From a virus: a stretch of DNA of 64,000 bases. Every line of letters begins with the position of its first letter. The stretch's first letter is position 1. This document shows, piece by piece, positions 38,444 through 49,478 of the stretch. The notes beneath the pieces are model-generated. The model saw nothing but the letters and a program-made list of their open reading frames with translations. It was not told the DNA's origin and ran no database searches. Both the position numbers and the translations under genes were made by a program. The stretch covers positions 9,413 through 73,412 of the IMG/VR virus record IMGVR_UViG_3300028422_001962. One strand, given 5' to 3'.

Positions 38444-39742
38444 ATGAGAGAGATGAAAGACAGCGGCATACAATGGCTCAAAGAAATACCATCAAGCTGG
38501 AAACTTAAAAAAATTAAATACACATTGAAAGAGCGTATAGAAAAAAATAATCCTATAAGAACATCTGATATTTTGTCTCTTACTGCGAAGCAGGGTGTCA
38601 TTCCTTATGACGAAAAAGAAGGTGGCGGTAATAAGCCAAAAGAGGATGTGAGCGCATATAGATTGGCATATCCTGGTGATATAGTGATGAACAGCATGAA
38701 CATTCTTTCTGGTTCGGTGGGATTGTCGCGTTATTTCGGATGTGTAAGTCCGGTATACTATATGCTCAGACCGTATAGCAATGAAGACGACGTACGCTAT
38801 TTTAACTATATTTTTCAGACTACCGTTTTTCAAAAAAGTTTATTTGGTCTCGGCAACGGTATTCTCATAAAAGAGTCTGGCAACGGTAAGTTAAACACGA
38901 TTCGTATGCGAATACCGATGGACAAGTTCGGCAATTTAGTTATTCCAATAGCAACAGCACAAGAACAACGAATTATTGCCGACATCCTCGATAACAAATG
39001 CTCCGAAATAGACAGCCTTGTCGCGGATATCCAATCACAGATTGACACCTTGGAACAATATAAGCGGTCGGTCATCACTGAGGCGGTCACAAAAGGCTTG
39101 AACCCGGATGCCGAGATGAAAGACAGTGGGATTGAATATGTAGGAACGATACCCGCACATTGGGATAAACATCCGCTATATTGCTATTTTGTAGAGAGGA
39201 AAAACAAAAACAGTCTTGGCAAAGAAGAAAACCTGCTATCTTTGAGCTATGGTCGCGTTATACAAAAAGATATCAACTCAAATGGCGGTTTACTTCCGGA
39301 AAGTTTTAATACCTATAACATTGTTGAAACCAACGATATCATTATCCGCCCAACTGACCTGCAAAATGATAAACGCAGTCTGCGTACCGGACTGGTAAAG
39401 GAACACGGTATTATTACATCTGCATATATAGCTTTAAAAGCAAAGGCAAACCTGATTTCCGGGTATTACCACTACCTGCTTCATGCGTTCGATGTTATGA
39501 AAGTGTTTTATAACATGGGTAACGGTGTGCGTCAGGGATTGAATTTCTCTGAATTTTCTCGTTTGATGGTTTTTTACCCTCCGTATGAGGAGCAAAAAGC
39601 AATCACTTCATATCTTGACAAAAAGTGCTCTGATATAGATTCTGTGATTGCCGATAAGCAGTCACAACTTGCATCCATTGATGAATACAAAAAATCTCTC
39701 ATCTACGAGTATGTCACAGGTAAAAAGGAGGTCACCGCATGA
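38444..39742 (+). CDS. hsdS: Type I RM specificity subunit
   Basis: Repeated MKDSGI..IP..W conserved regions around two TRDs. Confidence 0.92.
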   Translation: MREMKDSGIQWLKEIPSSWKLKKIKYTLKERIEKNNPIRTSDILSLTAKQGVIPYDEKEGGGNKPKEDVSAYRLAYPGDIVMNSMNILSGSVGLSRYFGCVSPVYYMLRPYSNEDDVRYFNYIFQTTVFQKSLFGLGNGILIKESGNGKLNTIRMRIPMDKFGNLVIPIATAQEQRIIADILDNKCSEIDSLVADIQSQIDTLEQYKRSVITEAVTKGLNPDAEMKDSGIEYVGTIPAHWDKHPLYCYFVERKNKNSLGKEENLLSLSYGRVIQKDINSNGGLLPESFNTYNIVETNDIIIRPTDLQNDKRSLRTGLVKEHGIITSAYIALKAKANLISGYYHYLLHAFDVMKVFYNMGNGVRQGLNFSEFSRLMVFYPPYEEQKAITSYLDKKCSDIDSVIADKQSQLASIDEYKKSLIYEYVTGKKEVTA

Positions 39743-40140
39743 AAGTTGAATTTGCTGATTGTGAATTAGGGATTGGTGTTGCGTTATATGTCTCTGGTAC
39801 CGAATTTTTGAAAGCCGATAAGTCAAAAGATGAATTTTGTAGTCTTGCTGCAGCAACAGATGCTTTTTATAATCAACAAGGACTTGACTACCATATTGGC
39901 TCAACAGACTATGATACGGTAAAACAATGGGTCAAAGCATCCGGCGCAGTAATATTCGCTATTGAATCAGACCGTTATGGACACAGAAAGTGGTATGAAA
40001 TTTATGTGTCTACAGATAATCGCTACACCAGAATTATCTGGTCTGATGATGGCAGAGAGTATTATTCAAAAGATAGCTCAGATTTGAAAAAGACTCCGAC
40101 TAATACTACAACAAGGCAGAAAGGAGGTCGTGACGTATGA
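39739..40140 (+). CDS. Hypothetical protein between hsdS and hsdR
   Basis: 4-nt overlaps with both neighbours; AAGGAGG RBS. Confidence 0.7.
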   Translation: MKVEFADCELGIGVALYVSGTEFLKADKSKDEFCSLAAATDAFYNQQGLDYHIGSTDYDTVKQWVKASGAVIFAIESDRYGHRKWYEIYVSTDNRYTRIIWSDDGREYYSKDSSDLKKTPTNTTTRQKGGRDV

Positions 40141-43106
40141 ATAATATTCTTTCAGAAAAAGAATATCAGAAGTTTATAATGGAGCGTTTGGAACAAGACA
40201 ACGGATATGTCATCCGTAAGGCTACCAGTTACGACCGCTTGTTTTCCATCGACCGTGAGCTGCTGTTTAAATTTCTGAACGATACGCAGGGCGCAACAAT
40301 GGCGGCACTGCGAAAAATTTATAAAGACGATTTGGAAGAAACCATTGTCAGCTTCATTAACGCCGAGACAACAAAAACTCGCGGCAGTCTCTTGGACATA
40401 CTGAAACATGGGATTGAAATCTCAAGCATGAAGCTGGAGCTGATGTATACCAAACCGGCTACCACCTTCAACAAGGAGCTTCTTGCAAACTATGAAAAAA
40501 ACATCTTCTCAGTCATGGAGGAGGTCTGGGCAAGCGACAATGAACGGGTCGATTTGGTCATCTTCCTGAACGGTCTAACCATCATGTCCTTTGAGCTGAA
40601 GTGCAATGTTGCCGGGCAGTCCTATCAGGATGCGATTTATCAGTACCGCTGTGAGCGCAATCCGAAGACGCGTCTGTTCCTGTTTAAGGCAGGATGCCTG
40701 GTCAACTTTGCGATGGATCTTGAAGAGGTCTATATGACCACGAAGCTGTCCGGTGACTCTACTTTCTTTCTGCCGTTCAATATTGGCAACGGAGAAGGCG
40801 TCAACGCTGGAGCGGGCAATCCCACCTTTAAGGACAAGTACAGCGTGTCCTATATGTGGGAGGACATTCTCACAAAGGATACCGTGCTGGGCCTCATCAG
40901 CAAGTTCATTTTTGTTGAGACAAAGGAAATAGAGGACGAGTTTACAGGTAAGATCAAAAAGACCGAAAGCATAATTTTCCCACGTTACCACCAGTTGGAC
41001 GTTATCCGCAAGTTATTGGGCGACGTCCGCGAAAATAGAACTGCTCAGAATTATCTGATTCAGCACAGCGCAGGTTCCGGTAAAACGAATTCTATCGCTT
41101 GGCTGGCCCACCGGCTCACGTCACTACATGACGAAGACGATAAAATCATCTTTGATAATGTGGTCATCATCACCGACCGCGTGGTTGTCGACCGTCAACT
41201 TCAGAAGGCCATCATGGGTATGGAGCACAAGACAGGACTTATCCGAGTGATGGACGACAAGTGCAACTCCGCCGACCTTGCAATCGCCCTCAAAGGCAAC
41301 ACAAAGATCATTGCAACCACGATTCAGAAATTTCCGTATATCGTGGACAGCGTCGTGGGTTTGAAAACGAAACGCTTCGCGGTCATTATCGATGAGGCGC
41401 ATTCATCTACTGCCGGGAAGGACATGGCGGCGGTCACACAGTCTTTGGGTACCGGTGAGCAGGATTACACGGATGTGCAGGACATCATTGCCGACGAGAT
41501 TGCCCGCAATGGCAAGCAGGTTAATGTGTCGATGTTTGCGTTTACTGCAACACCGAAGCCGACCACCCTTCAGCTTTTCGGGATGTTGAATACCAAGGGA
41601 CAGCGCGAGGCGTTCCACGTTTACTCTATGAAGCAAGCCATTGAAGAGGGCTTCATTCTTGATGTGCTGCAAAACTACACAACTTACGATACCTTCTATC
41701 AGATAAATAAAGAAATCGAGGACGACCCCCGCTGTAAGACTTCGGACGCCAAGCGGCAGATTGCCCGCTTCGTGGAACTGCACGAAACGAACATCTCGCA
41801 GCGTATTGAAGTCATCGTGGAGCATTTCCGAACTTCCGTTATGGCGGAGCTTGGCGGTATGGCAAAAGCAATGGTGATTACAGCTTCCCGGCAGGGTGCT
41901 GTAAAATACCGTCAGGCTTTCGAGGACTTTATTACGAAAAAGGGCTACAAGGATATTCGCGCTTTGGTGGCCTTCTCTGGCAAGGTGAAACTGCCGGATA
42001 ACGACACAGCCGAATATACCGAAGCCTCCATGAATGGTTTCTCTGAAGAGCAGCTCACGAAGGAATTTGAAAAGGACGATTATCAAGTCCTGCTTGTGGC
42101 AAATAAATATCAGACGGGATTCGACCAGCCGAAGTTGTGCGCTATGTATGTTATGAAAAAGCTGAAAGGTGTTACAGCCGTGCAGACGCTGTCCCGTTTG
42201 AACCGGATATTCCCGCCGTTTGAAAAGCACACATTCGTGTTGGACTTTGTGAACGACTATGCGGATATTACTGCTGCCTTTGCGCCGTATTACACGACAA
42301 CATTACTGTCGAATTCAGTTACACCCACGGCAATTTATGATCTTGAAGCTAATATCGACTCCTATACCGTTCTTGATCCGGATGATATTGAGAAGGCGAA
42401 CGACCTGCTCTACAGCGACAACATTACGTCGAAGGACAAGCAGAAACTGACCTTCTATTTCAAAAAGGCGAAAAATCTGATTGAAAATTACGATGTGACC
42501 AAGCAGCAGGAAATCGTAGCTCTCATGCGCCACTTCGTTCGTTTTTATGAGTTTCTGCTCCAAGTTTCCTGTTTTGAGGATGTAGACCTACACAAGAAGT
42601 ACAATTTCATTACTTACTTGCTTTCTTACATCAACATCAAGCATCCAGGCGGCGGCTATAACCTTGACGGAAAAATCAAGGCAACCAATTTCGTCCAGAA
42701 AAAGGACGAGGAGCATAATAAATCTGATCTTGTCGCTCAACCGGTTATGAAACTGCCGACGGCCGAGAGCTTTGGCTTGACCGAAGCCAAGGAAGAAAAG
42801 CTTTCCCAAATTATCGCGGAAATCAATAGTCGCACAGGGAAAGCCTATGATAATGATGTTGCGGTAAAAGCAATGCTGCAAATCCGGGACCTATTGCTAA
42901 AATCGGACAAGCTGAAAACCAGCGCCCGGAACAACACCGTCAAAGATTTTGAGTTTTCCTATTTTGACGATATTGACGATGCCCTGATTGAGGGACTTTC
43001 GCAGAATCAGGACTTTTTCTCGATGCTTTTGAGCAACGAGGAAATAAAGCGGCAGGTGCTTGGCATATTCACCGACGAAATATACGCAAGCCTGCGTAAA
43101 GCATAA
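40137..43106 (+). CDS. hsdR: Type I RM restriction subunit
   Basis: VDLV..ELK, HSAGSGKT, DEAH, TATP, TGFD, QTLSRLNR. Confidence 0.93.
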   Translation: MNNILSEKEYQKFIMERLEQDNGYVIRKATSYDRLFSIDRELLFKFLNDTQGATMAALRKIYKDDLEETIVSFINAETTKTRGSLLDILKHGIEISSMKLELMYTKPATTFNKELLANYEKNIFSVMEEVWASDNERVDLVIFLNGLTIMSFELKCNVAGQSYQDAIYQYRCERNPKTRLFLFKAGCLVNFAMDLEEVYMTTKLSGDSTFFLPFNIGNGEGVNAGAGNPTFKDKYSVSYMWEDILTKDTVLGLISKFIFVETKEIEDEFTGKIKKTESIIFPRYHQLDVIRKLLGDVRENRTAQNYLIQHSAGSGKTNSIAWLAHRLTSLHDEDDKIIFDNVVIITDRVVVDRQLQKAIMGMEHKTGLIRVMDDKCNSADLAIALKGNTKIIATTIQKFPYIVDSVVGLKTKRFAVIIDEAHSSTAGKDMAAVTQSLGTGEQDYTDVQDIIADEIARNGKQVNVSMFAFTATPKPTTLQLFGMLNTKGQREAFHVYSMKQAIEEGFILDVLQNYTTYDTFYQINKEIEDDPRCKTSDAKRQIARFVELHETNISQRIEVIVEHFRTSVMAELGGMAKAMVITASRQGAVKYRQAFEDFITKKGYKDIRALVAFSGKVKLPDNDTAEYTEASMNGFSEEQLTKEFEKDDYQVLLVANKYQTGFDQPKLCAMYVMKKLKGVTAVQTLSRLNRIFPPFEKHTFVLDFVNDYADITAAFAPYYTTTLLSNSVTPTAIYDLEANIDSYTVLDPDDIEKANDLLYSDNITSKDKQKLTFYFKKAKNLIENYDVTKQQEIVALMRHFVRFYEFLLQVSCFEDVDLHKKYNFITYLLSYINIKHPGGGYNLDGKIKATNFVQKKDEEHNKSDLVAQPVMKLPTAESFGLTEAKEEKLSQIIAEINSRTGKAYDNDVAVKAMLQIRDLLLKSDKLKTSARNNTVKDFEFSYFDDIDDALIEGLSQNQDFFSMLLSNEEIKRQVLGIFTDEIYASLRKA

Positions 43107-43117
43107 GGAGGGGTATC

Positions 43118-45949
43118 ATGTTTGAAAAATTTCGTTTGCAGGACGCGCTTGTAAAATACAAGCAGAATTTCGTTTCTACCCAATGGGGAAACGAGAAATA
43201 CAAGTGGGAAGCAGTTAAGTTCTTTCAGGACAATTGGGATGTCAATGCAGCGAATTTTGCCTCAATGCTGACTCTCTCCCTCTCGAAAACATATAATCTG
43301 CTCGCGTCTATGAACAACTTTCCAGCGCGAATGATTGAGAAATTTGCGGAAACGGCTCCCGAAGAAGTGCGGGCGATGTTCATTGCCCTGTTCGATGAAA
43401 GCAAGGATGTCGTTACCAGAATTACAGATTTTAAAGACCAGTCATCCATTCTCCTCGAAAAGTATGGCAACGGAGCGGGACAGCATTATCAGTACGAAAA
43501 TGCCGTCAGCACCTACTTATGGCTGCGTTATCCCGACAAATATTACATTTATAAATACGGCGAGATAAAAACCGCCGCAGATGAACTCGGCAGTGATTAT
43601 CGATTCAAGAAAGGCGCATATGCGGACAATCTGCGCAATTTCTATAGCTTTTATGATGAGCTGTGTGCGGAAATCAAGAAGGATGAAGAACTCGTAAGTC
43701 TGCTCAAATCCCAGCTTACGGACGATTGCTATCCAGACCCGGAATACAGAACGCTTACAATCGATGTCGGCTTTTACATCAGCCGCTACTTTTCGCAGAA
43801 GGAATCCGTAGCCACTGACGACTGGTTTCCGACAGATTACACGCCTAACATTTCTGTCGATGAGTGGGTAGAACTTCTTAATGATCCCGATGTATTTACG
43901 ACTGGAAGCCTTGAAATCATGAAGCGCATGAAGGACTACGGCGGGCAGGCTACTTGTACTCAGCTCTCCATCAAATACGGTGAAACGAAGAATTTCTACA
44001 ATAGTGGTTCTTCTGCTTTGGCGCGTCGTATTGCTGAAAAAACCGGCTGCCCTGTAATGGATAGAGATGAAGAAAACTCCCGCTGGTGGCCGATTCTGTA
44101 TTTTGGACGCAATGCGGGTAAAGATGACTCTGGCAGCTATACATGGAAACTACGAGATGAGTTATCGGCCGCAATTGATAAAGTCGATATGTCTGAGGTT
44201 TCGCTTTATGCTGATGCGACTCCTTCAATTTGGAAAATAAGCCATGGAACCGAAAGCACCGGCATTTCAGATGAAAACAAGCAGATATTTATGGATCGCG
44301 GCGTTATTGTGGTACATAGTACAACCAAGGCAAAAGCCACGTCAAAAGTGTCCCAGGGTGAGTCATTTACCTATTCCATGAAAATGGGCGATTATTTTTA
44401 CTTGTGCTATGGCAGCAGAATTCAACTTTTAGGGCAAATCACAAGCAACGATGCTGTGGAAAATCCAGAAATGAAGGATGGCTGGTATGAACGTCCATAC
44501 CGAGTTGTCGCCATGCCGAAAATCAATGATTCCTATGATGGTGTAAAAAAGTGGTGGACGCCTAATGATAACTCCACTTGCATAAAGGTTGATGACAAGC
44601 CATTGTTTGAGGAATTAATTCTCAAACCGTATTTTGGCTTGACGGTTGTACAGCTTCTTGGCGATACCAATGAGCAGCACGGCTATTGGTGGTTAAATGC
44701 AAATCCGAAAATTTGGAGTTTTTCGGACATTGCTGTCGGAGAAGTTCAGTCATATACACTTTATAATGATAATGGCAACAAACGCCGCATTTTTCAAAAT
44801 TTCTTAGATGCAAAAGCCGGTGATATGATAATCGGCTATGAATCGAACCCTGTTAAACAGATTGTTGCGATTGGCAAGGTCAGTGCGGAACAAGATGGTG
44901 AAAAAATTTATTTTGAAAAAATCGAGGGGCTTTCCTCGCCGATTGATTATCAAACGCTGAAAAGCTGTTCCGAGCTGGAAAGAATGGAATATTTCAGCAA
45001 TCCGCAAGGCAGCTTATTTAAGCTGACAAAGGGCGAGTACGATTTTATCGTCGATATGATTCGAGATGAAAACCCACTTGCTCAAGAAGAAAAAGCAGAA
45101 GAGTACGACAAGGCGGACTTTCTTAATGAGGTTTACATGACAGAGAGCCGCTACGATATGCTTCTTTCTGTCCTGAAAAACAAAAAGAACATCATTCTGC
45201 AGGGCGCACCCGGTGTCGGGAAAACTTTTGCAGCAAAGCGCCTTGCATACTCGATGATCGGAGAAATGGACGAAAACCGAATTGAATTCGTTCAGTTCCA
45301 CCAGAATTACTCTTACGAAGATTTCATGATGGGCTATAAACCTGTGAATGATGGTTTTGAGTTGAAATACGGTATCTTTTATCGTTTTTGCCAAAAAGCT
45401 GCAAACCAGCCGGACAAAGATTTCTTCTTTATCATTGATGAAATCAATCGGGGTAATATGAGTAAAATCTTCGGTGAGCTACTCATGTTGATTGAGCGCG
45501 ATTACCGTGGTACGAAGACAACACTCGCCTATAACGGCTTGGCATTCACGGTACCCAAGAACATATATATCATCGGTATGATGAATACCGCCGACCGCAG
45601 TCTTGCCATGATTGATTATGCGCTTCGCCGCCGCTTCAGCTTCTTTGAGATCGAACCGGGCTTTGATTCCGATGGCTTTGTAAAATATCAAAACGCCTTG
45701 AACAATGAAACATTTAATGAGCTTATTAATAAGGTACAAGAACTTAACAAGGAAATCTCACTTGATAAATCTTTAGGAAAAGGGTTCTGTATTGGACACA
45801 GTTATTTCTGCGGACAAGTTACCTGCTCGGACGAATGGATGCATTCCATTGTTGACTATGATATTCTGCCGATGCTGAGTGAGTATTGGTTTGACGATAG
45901 CGGAAAGCTACAGCGTTGGGAGAACATTTTGCGTGGTGTATTCCAATGA
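43118..45949 (+). CDS. mcrB: McrB family AAA+ GTPase with extended multi-domain N-terminus (EVE-like domain)
   Basis: GAPGVGKT, QFHQNYSYEDF, DEINR, MNTAD, ALRRRF; YWWLNANPKIW..GDMIIGY. Confidence 0.9.
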   Translation: MFEKFRLQDALVKYKQNFVSTQWGNEKYKWEAVKFFQDNWDVNAANFASMLTLSLSKTYNLLASMNNFPARMIEKFAETAPEEVRAMFIALFDESKDVVTRITDFKDQSSILLEKYGNGAGQHYQYENAVSTYLWLRYPDKYYIYKYGEIKTAADELGSDYRFKKGAYADNLRNFYSFYDELCAEIKKDEELVSLLKSQLTDDCYPDPEYRTLTIDVGFYISRYFSQKESVATDDWFPTDYTPNISVDEWVELLNDPDVFTTGSLEIMKRMKDYGGQATCTQLSIKYGETKNFYNSGSSALARRIAEKTGCPVMDRDEENSRWWPILYFGRNAGKDDSGSYTWKLRDELSAAIDKVDMSEVSLYADATPSIWKISHGTESTGISDENKQIFMDRGVIVVHSTTKAKATSKVSQGESFTYSMKMGDYFYLCYGSRIQLLGQITSNDAVENPEMKDGWYERPYRVVAMPKINDSYDGVKKWWTPNDNSTCIKVDDKPLFEELILKPYFGLTVVQLLGDTNEQHGYWWLNANPKIWSFSDIAVGEVQSYTLYNDNGNKRRIFQNFLDAKAGDMIIGYESNPVKQIVAIGKVSAEQDGEKIYFEKIEGLSSPIDYQTLKSCSELERMEYFSNPQGSLFKLTKGEYDFIVDMIRDENPLAQEEKAEEYDKADFLNEVYMTESRYDMLLSVLKNKKNIILQGAPGVGKTFAAKRLAYSMIGEMDENRIEFVQFHQNYSYEDFMMGYKPVNDGFELKYGIFYRFCQKAANQPDKDFFFIIDEINRGNMSKIFGELLMLIERDYRGTKTTLAYNGLAFTVPKNIYIIGMMNTADRSLAMIDYALRRRFSFFEIEPGFDSDGFVKYQNALNNETFNELINKVQELNKEISLDKSLGKGFCIGHSYFCGQVTCSDEWMHSIVDYDILPMLSEYWFDDSGKLQRWENILRGVFQ

Positions 45950-47010
45950 TTAAGAACAAGAGCATTTTCATAAAAAACATATATTATATGCTTTCCTATG
46001 CCTTTACGACATTGAATCAATCTAATTTTGAAGATGTGGCGACTGAGGAATTTGAGAATATGCATAACCTCTTTGCCGCAATTCTCGCAAAAGGCATCGG
46101 CCAACAGTTGAAGCAGGGTTTGTATCGCGAGTATTTGAACAAAAGAGAAAATATGGCGGTCATGCGTGGAAAAATCGATATGTCTGGAACTATCAAAAAC
46201 AAGATTGCACGGCAGCAAATTCTTTCTTGCGATTATGATGATCTGTCGGAAAACAATCTCCTAAATCAAATCCTGAAGACCACAGTTATGATTTTGCTCC
46301 GTCTGTCAAAAGTCAATACCGAGTATAAAGACGCGCTCAAAAAAGAAATGCTATTTTTCTCAAATGTTGATACCATCGAACCGGCATCAATCCGATGGTC
46401 GTCAATTCGTTTCCAGCGAAATAATCAGACTTATCGTATGCTCGTCAGTATCTGCCAGCTTATTCTGGAAGGAATGCTTTTGACAACGGAACAAGGCGAA
46501 TACAAGCTGGCTTCTTTTGTTGACGAGCAGAGAATGTGCCGTTTATATGAGAAGTTTATATTGGAATACTACAGCAAGAAGTTTCCTGCATTGAGTGTGA
46601 GTGCATCGCAGATTCCGTGGGCCTTGGATGACGGCATTGGAACGATGCTCCCCACAATGCAGAGTGATATTACACTTTCTCACGGAAACGAAGTGCTTAT
46701 TATTGATGCAAAGTATTATTCTCATACCACGCAGGCGCAATATGATGTACATACGCTTCATTCCGGCAACCTGTATCAGATATTTACCTATGTAAAGAAC
46801 AGAGACTCCGAATTTGGAGAGAAACCACATAAGGTATCAGGAATGCTTCTGTATGCCAAAACCGATGAAACAATACAGCCAGACAATGAATATCGGATGA
46901 GTGGTAACAAAATCAGCGTAAGGACACTCGACTTGAATTGCGAGTTTCCTGTAATCGCTGCACAGCTAAATAGCATCGCTAAGAGTCATTTTGGTGAGAT
47001 CATTGCGTAA
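45946..47010 (+). CDS. mcrC: McrC restriction nuclease subunit
   Basis: IKNIYYMLSYA, SDI..IIDAKYY, NLYQIFTY; ATGA overlap with mcrB. Confidence 0.92.
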   Translation: MIKNKSIFIKNIYYMLSYAFTTLNQSNFEDVATEEFENMHNLFAAILAKGIGQQLKQGLYREYLNKRENMAVMRGKIDMSGTIKNKIARQQILSCDYDDLSENNLLNQILKTTVMILLRLSKVNTEYKDALKKEMLFFSNVDTIEPASIRWSSIRFQRNNQTYRMLVSICQLILEGMLLTTEQGEYKLASFVDEQRMCRLYEKFILEYYSKKFPALSVSASQIPWALDDGIGTMLPTMQSDITLSHGNEVLIIDAKYYSHTTQAQYDVHTLHSGNLYQIFTYVKNRDSEFGEKPHKVSGMLLYAKTDETIQPDNEYRMSGNKISVRTLDLNCEFPVIAAQLNSIAKSHFGEIIA

Positions 47011-47035
47011 TCTTTAACCCGGGAGGAGGTGCATT

Positions 47036-48070
47036 ATGCCCTTTACTATCGTCCGGCAGGACATCACAAAAATGAAAGTTGACGCCATTGTCAATGCCGC
47101 CAACACCGATCTGCAAATGGGCGGTGGGGTTTGCGGAGCTATATTCAAAGCTGCGGGAGTACTTGAACTCCAAGCCGCCTGTGATAAACTCGCTCCGATA
47201 AAGACGGGCGAGGCAATTATTACTCCAGGCTTCAATCTCTCAGCTAAGTTTGTTATCCATGCGGTGGGTCCGGTTTATCGGCATTGGAGCAAAGAGCAGA
47301 ACGAGCAGCACCTTCACGCTGCCTATACGAACTCGCTGAAAAGAGCTGTTGAAAACAAGTGTGAAAGCATAGCATTTCCTTTGATTTCAAGTGGTATCTA
47401 TGGCTATCCAAAAGACGAGGCACTTAAAGTGGCTACCTCAGCGATTCAAGATTTCCTCAAAGATTACGATCTTGAGGTGACCATTGTGGTGTTTGACAAG
47501 TCAGCATTCACCATCAGCCGCGAACTACTCGGAGAAGTCGAAAGCTACATTGATGAGCATTATATCGAAACACACCAAATAAAGCGGCGACAACTGCTTG
47601 ATATAGAGCGGGAAGCCTTTTACGAAGCTGACAAAGATGTTAGTAAATATAACAAGCCTCTTTTTGAAGAAATGCTCGCTCCGTCTGTTGGTGCGCCCGC
47701 TCCACTTGATGATTTGGTCGGCAATCTGGACGAGCCGTTCTCCGCGACACTCCTGCGGCTGATTGACGCCAAGGAAAAGACGGATGTGGAAGTTTACAAA
47801 CGTGCAAATCTTGACCGAAAGCTGTTCTCCAAGATACGGAGCAACAAAGGCTATACGCCGAGTAAGCGCACTGCCCTTGCTCTTGCCGTGGCGCTGGAAT
47901 TGTCACTCAGCGAAACTGATGACCTCTTGGAGCGGGCAGGATATGCACTTTCCCATGCAGCCAAGTTCGATGTAATCGTGGAATATTTCATCACTAACGG
48001 TAAATATGACGTTTTCGAGATAAATGAAGTGCTGTTTGAGTACGACCAGCCGCTGTTGGGAGGGTGTTGA
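47036..48070 (+). CDS. Macro domain protein with C-terminal HTH-like domain
   Basis: DITK..DAIVNAAN..GGGVCGAI, HAVGP, PLISSGIYG; YKRANLDRKLFSKIRS. Confidence 0.88.
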   Translation: MPFTIVRQDITKMKVDAIVNAANTDLQMGGGVCGAIFKAAGVLELQAACDKLAPIKTGEAIITPGFNLSAKFVIHAVGPVYRHWSKEQNEQHLHAAYTNSLKRAVENKCESIAFPLISSGIYGYPKDEALKVATSAIQDFLKDYDLEVTIVVFDKSAFTISRELLGEVESYIDEHYIETHQIKRRQLLDIEREAFYEADKDVSKYNKPLFEEMLAPSVGAPAPLDDLVGNLDEPFSATLLRLIDAKEKTDVEVYKRANLDRKLFSKIRSNKGYTPSKRTALALAVALELSLSETDDLLERAGYALSHAAKFDVIVEYFITNGKYDVFEINEVLFEYDQPLLGGC

Positions 48071-49380
48071 TTGTGGATTATTTTCTGATTATAGCATTGC
48101 CAATAATAGCACTCGCTCAAATTGCCGGAGGGGTAGTTTTTTTGTGTAAAAAAACAAATTCCAACGATAACAACGCCATAAGCACAGAACAGTCCGATTC
48201 AACTAACTCGGAGGTACTTATGCCAGTAGGATGTGTTAAGGGCTACGAAATAACTATACCAATTGAACTTCTGCCTGCGACAACCCAGATTGAGGATAAG
48301 AGCCTGTTTGAAATTACTGACCACACGGTCATTTCTCGAATTTCTGGACTAATACCTTTTACATTGCAAAATGGGACAAGGATAATGGCAAACAATGCTC
48401 TCAACCCACTAAAAGGTACAGAGTTAGTAAAAATGGATATTCCATTTTCACAACTCACGAAGTCGAAAGACATGGCAGGTGCTGCAAGAGGTTATGTTCA
48501 CGGAGGTAAGGGCGTAGCGGCACAAGCAAATTTAACTAAAGTTGACATGACCAAAGTCACAAAAGCGACTGCTGTCGCTAACGGAGTGGCGAATGTGATG
48601 AATGTTGGCTCTTTAGTCGTCGGACAGTATTATATGTCCGAGATAAGTTCCAAGTTAGAAACTATGACAAAGAGCATAGATAAAATCAGCGATTTTCAAG
48701 ACAGGGAGTTTAAGAGTCGGATATTATCGGTGATTACTCTTGTTGGAGAAATTTCTCAATTCAGCTCTGAAATAATGGAAGACGATGAGCAGCGAACACT
48801 TAAACTTTCAGCTTTAGAAAACTTAAAAGCTACTGCTACCGAACTGCTGGGGCAAGTAAACATTACAATATCTGGAATCACTCAGAAAAGCCCTAATCCT
48901 AATTATGAAGATTATCAGTACAAAGTTGGAGATCTCAAAGTTTTAGTTGAGTATCAAAACATATTAGTTGCTGTTCTCGCGGAAATTAGCAAGTTGACGT
49001 ATTTGTTAGGTAAAGGGGCAATTTCGACTGAACGCAGCTATGCCATATACAGTAAGTATTTGGAACAAGCCAAACAAACTCGAACCCTTCTTGGACAATG
49101 GCACGATAAGCAAGTTACGGCACTGCATATTGATTTAAACAAAGAGCGCATTTCCAAAGCGGGGTTTGAAGCTATTATTTCGGCTCCACTGGGCTTGATA
49201 GATGATAAATTTAAGTTTAAGGCCTTAAAACAAAGCCTTGTTTACGAGATAAGCACCCAAGCTAACCAAAGTCTCGAAAGTCCAGATGAACCAAAACGTA
49301 TCTACGATGAAGATGTAGAAATCATCATAAAGGACGGCAAATATTATTATCTACACGAATCACTGGAAACGGATGAATAA
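48064..49380 (+). CDS. Hypothetical helical protein (start uncertain)
   Basis: 438-aa ORF; SLVVGQYYMSEISSKL segment followed by long helices. Confidence 0.7.
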   Translation: MLIVDYFLIIALPIIALAQIAGGVVFLCKKTNSNDNNAISTEQSDSTNSEVLMPVGCVKGYEITIPIELLPATTQIEDKSLFEITDHTVISRISGLIPFTLQNGTRIMANNALNPLKGTELVKMDIPFSQLTKSKDMAGAARGYVHGGKGVAAQANLTKVDMTKVTKATAVANGVANVMNVGSLVVGQYYMSEISSKLETMTKSIDKISDFQDREFKSRILSVITLVGEISQFSSEIMEDDEQRTLKLSALENLKATATELLGQVNITISGITQKSPNPNYEDYQYKVGDLKVLVEYQNILVAVLAEISKLTYLLGKGAISTERSYAIYSKYLEQAKQTRTLLGQWHDKQVTALHIDLNKERISKAGFEAIISAPLGLIDDKFKFKALKQSLVYEISTQANQSLESPDEPKRIYDEDVEIIIKDGKYYYLHESLETDE

Positions 49381-49478
49381 CAATTTCGTAAGCTGTTAAT
49401 GTCGTTTCGGAAGCGACCTCTCGCCCCTCGCCAAGTAGTATTCTAAGGTTACAATAAAAATCTTAGGAGGCTACGGAA

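Noticed and set aside
41403-42230. Long antisense ORFs (also 3300-3992, 15231-15899, 18377-19018)
   Set aside because: They lie opposite well-supported genes and have no recognisable motifs.
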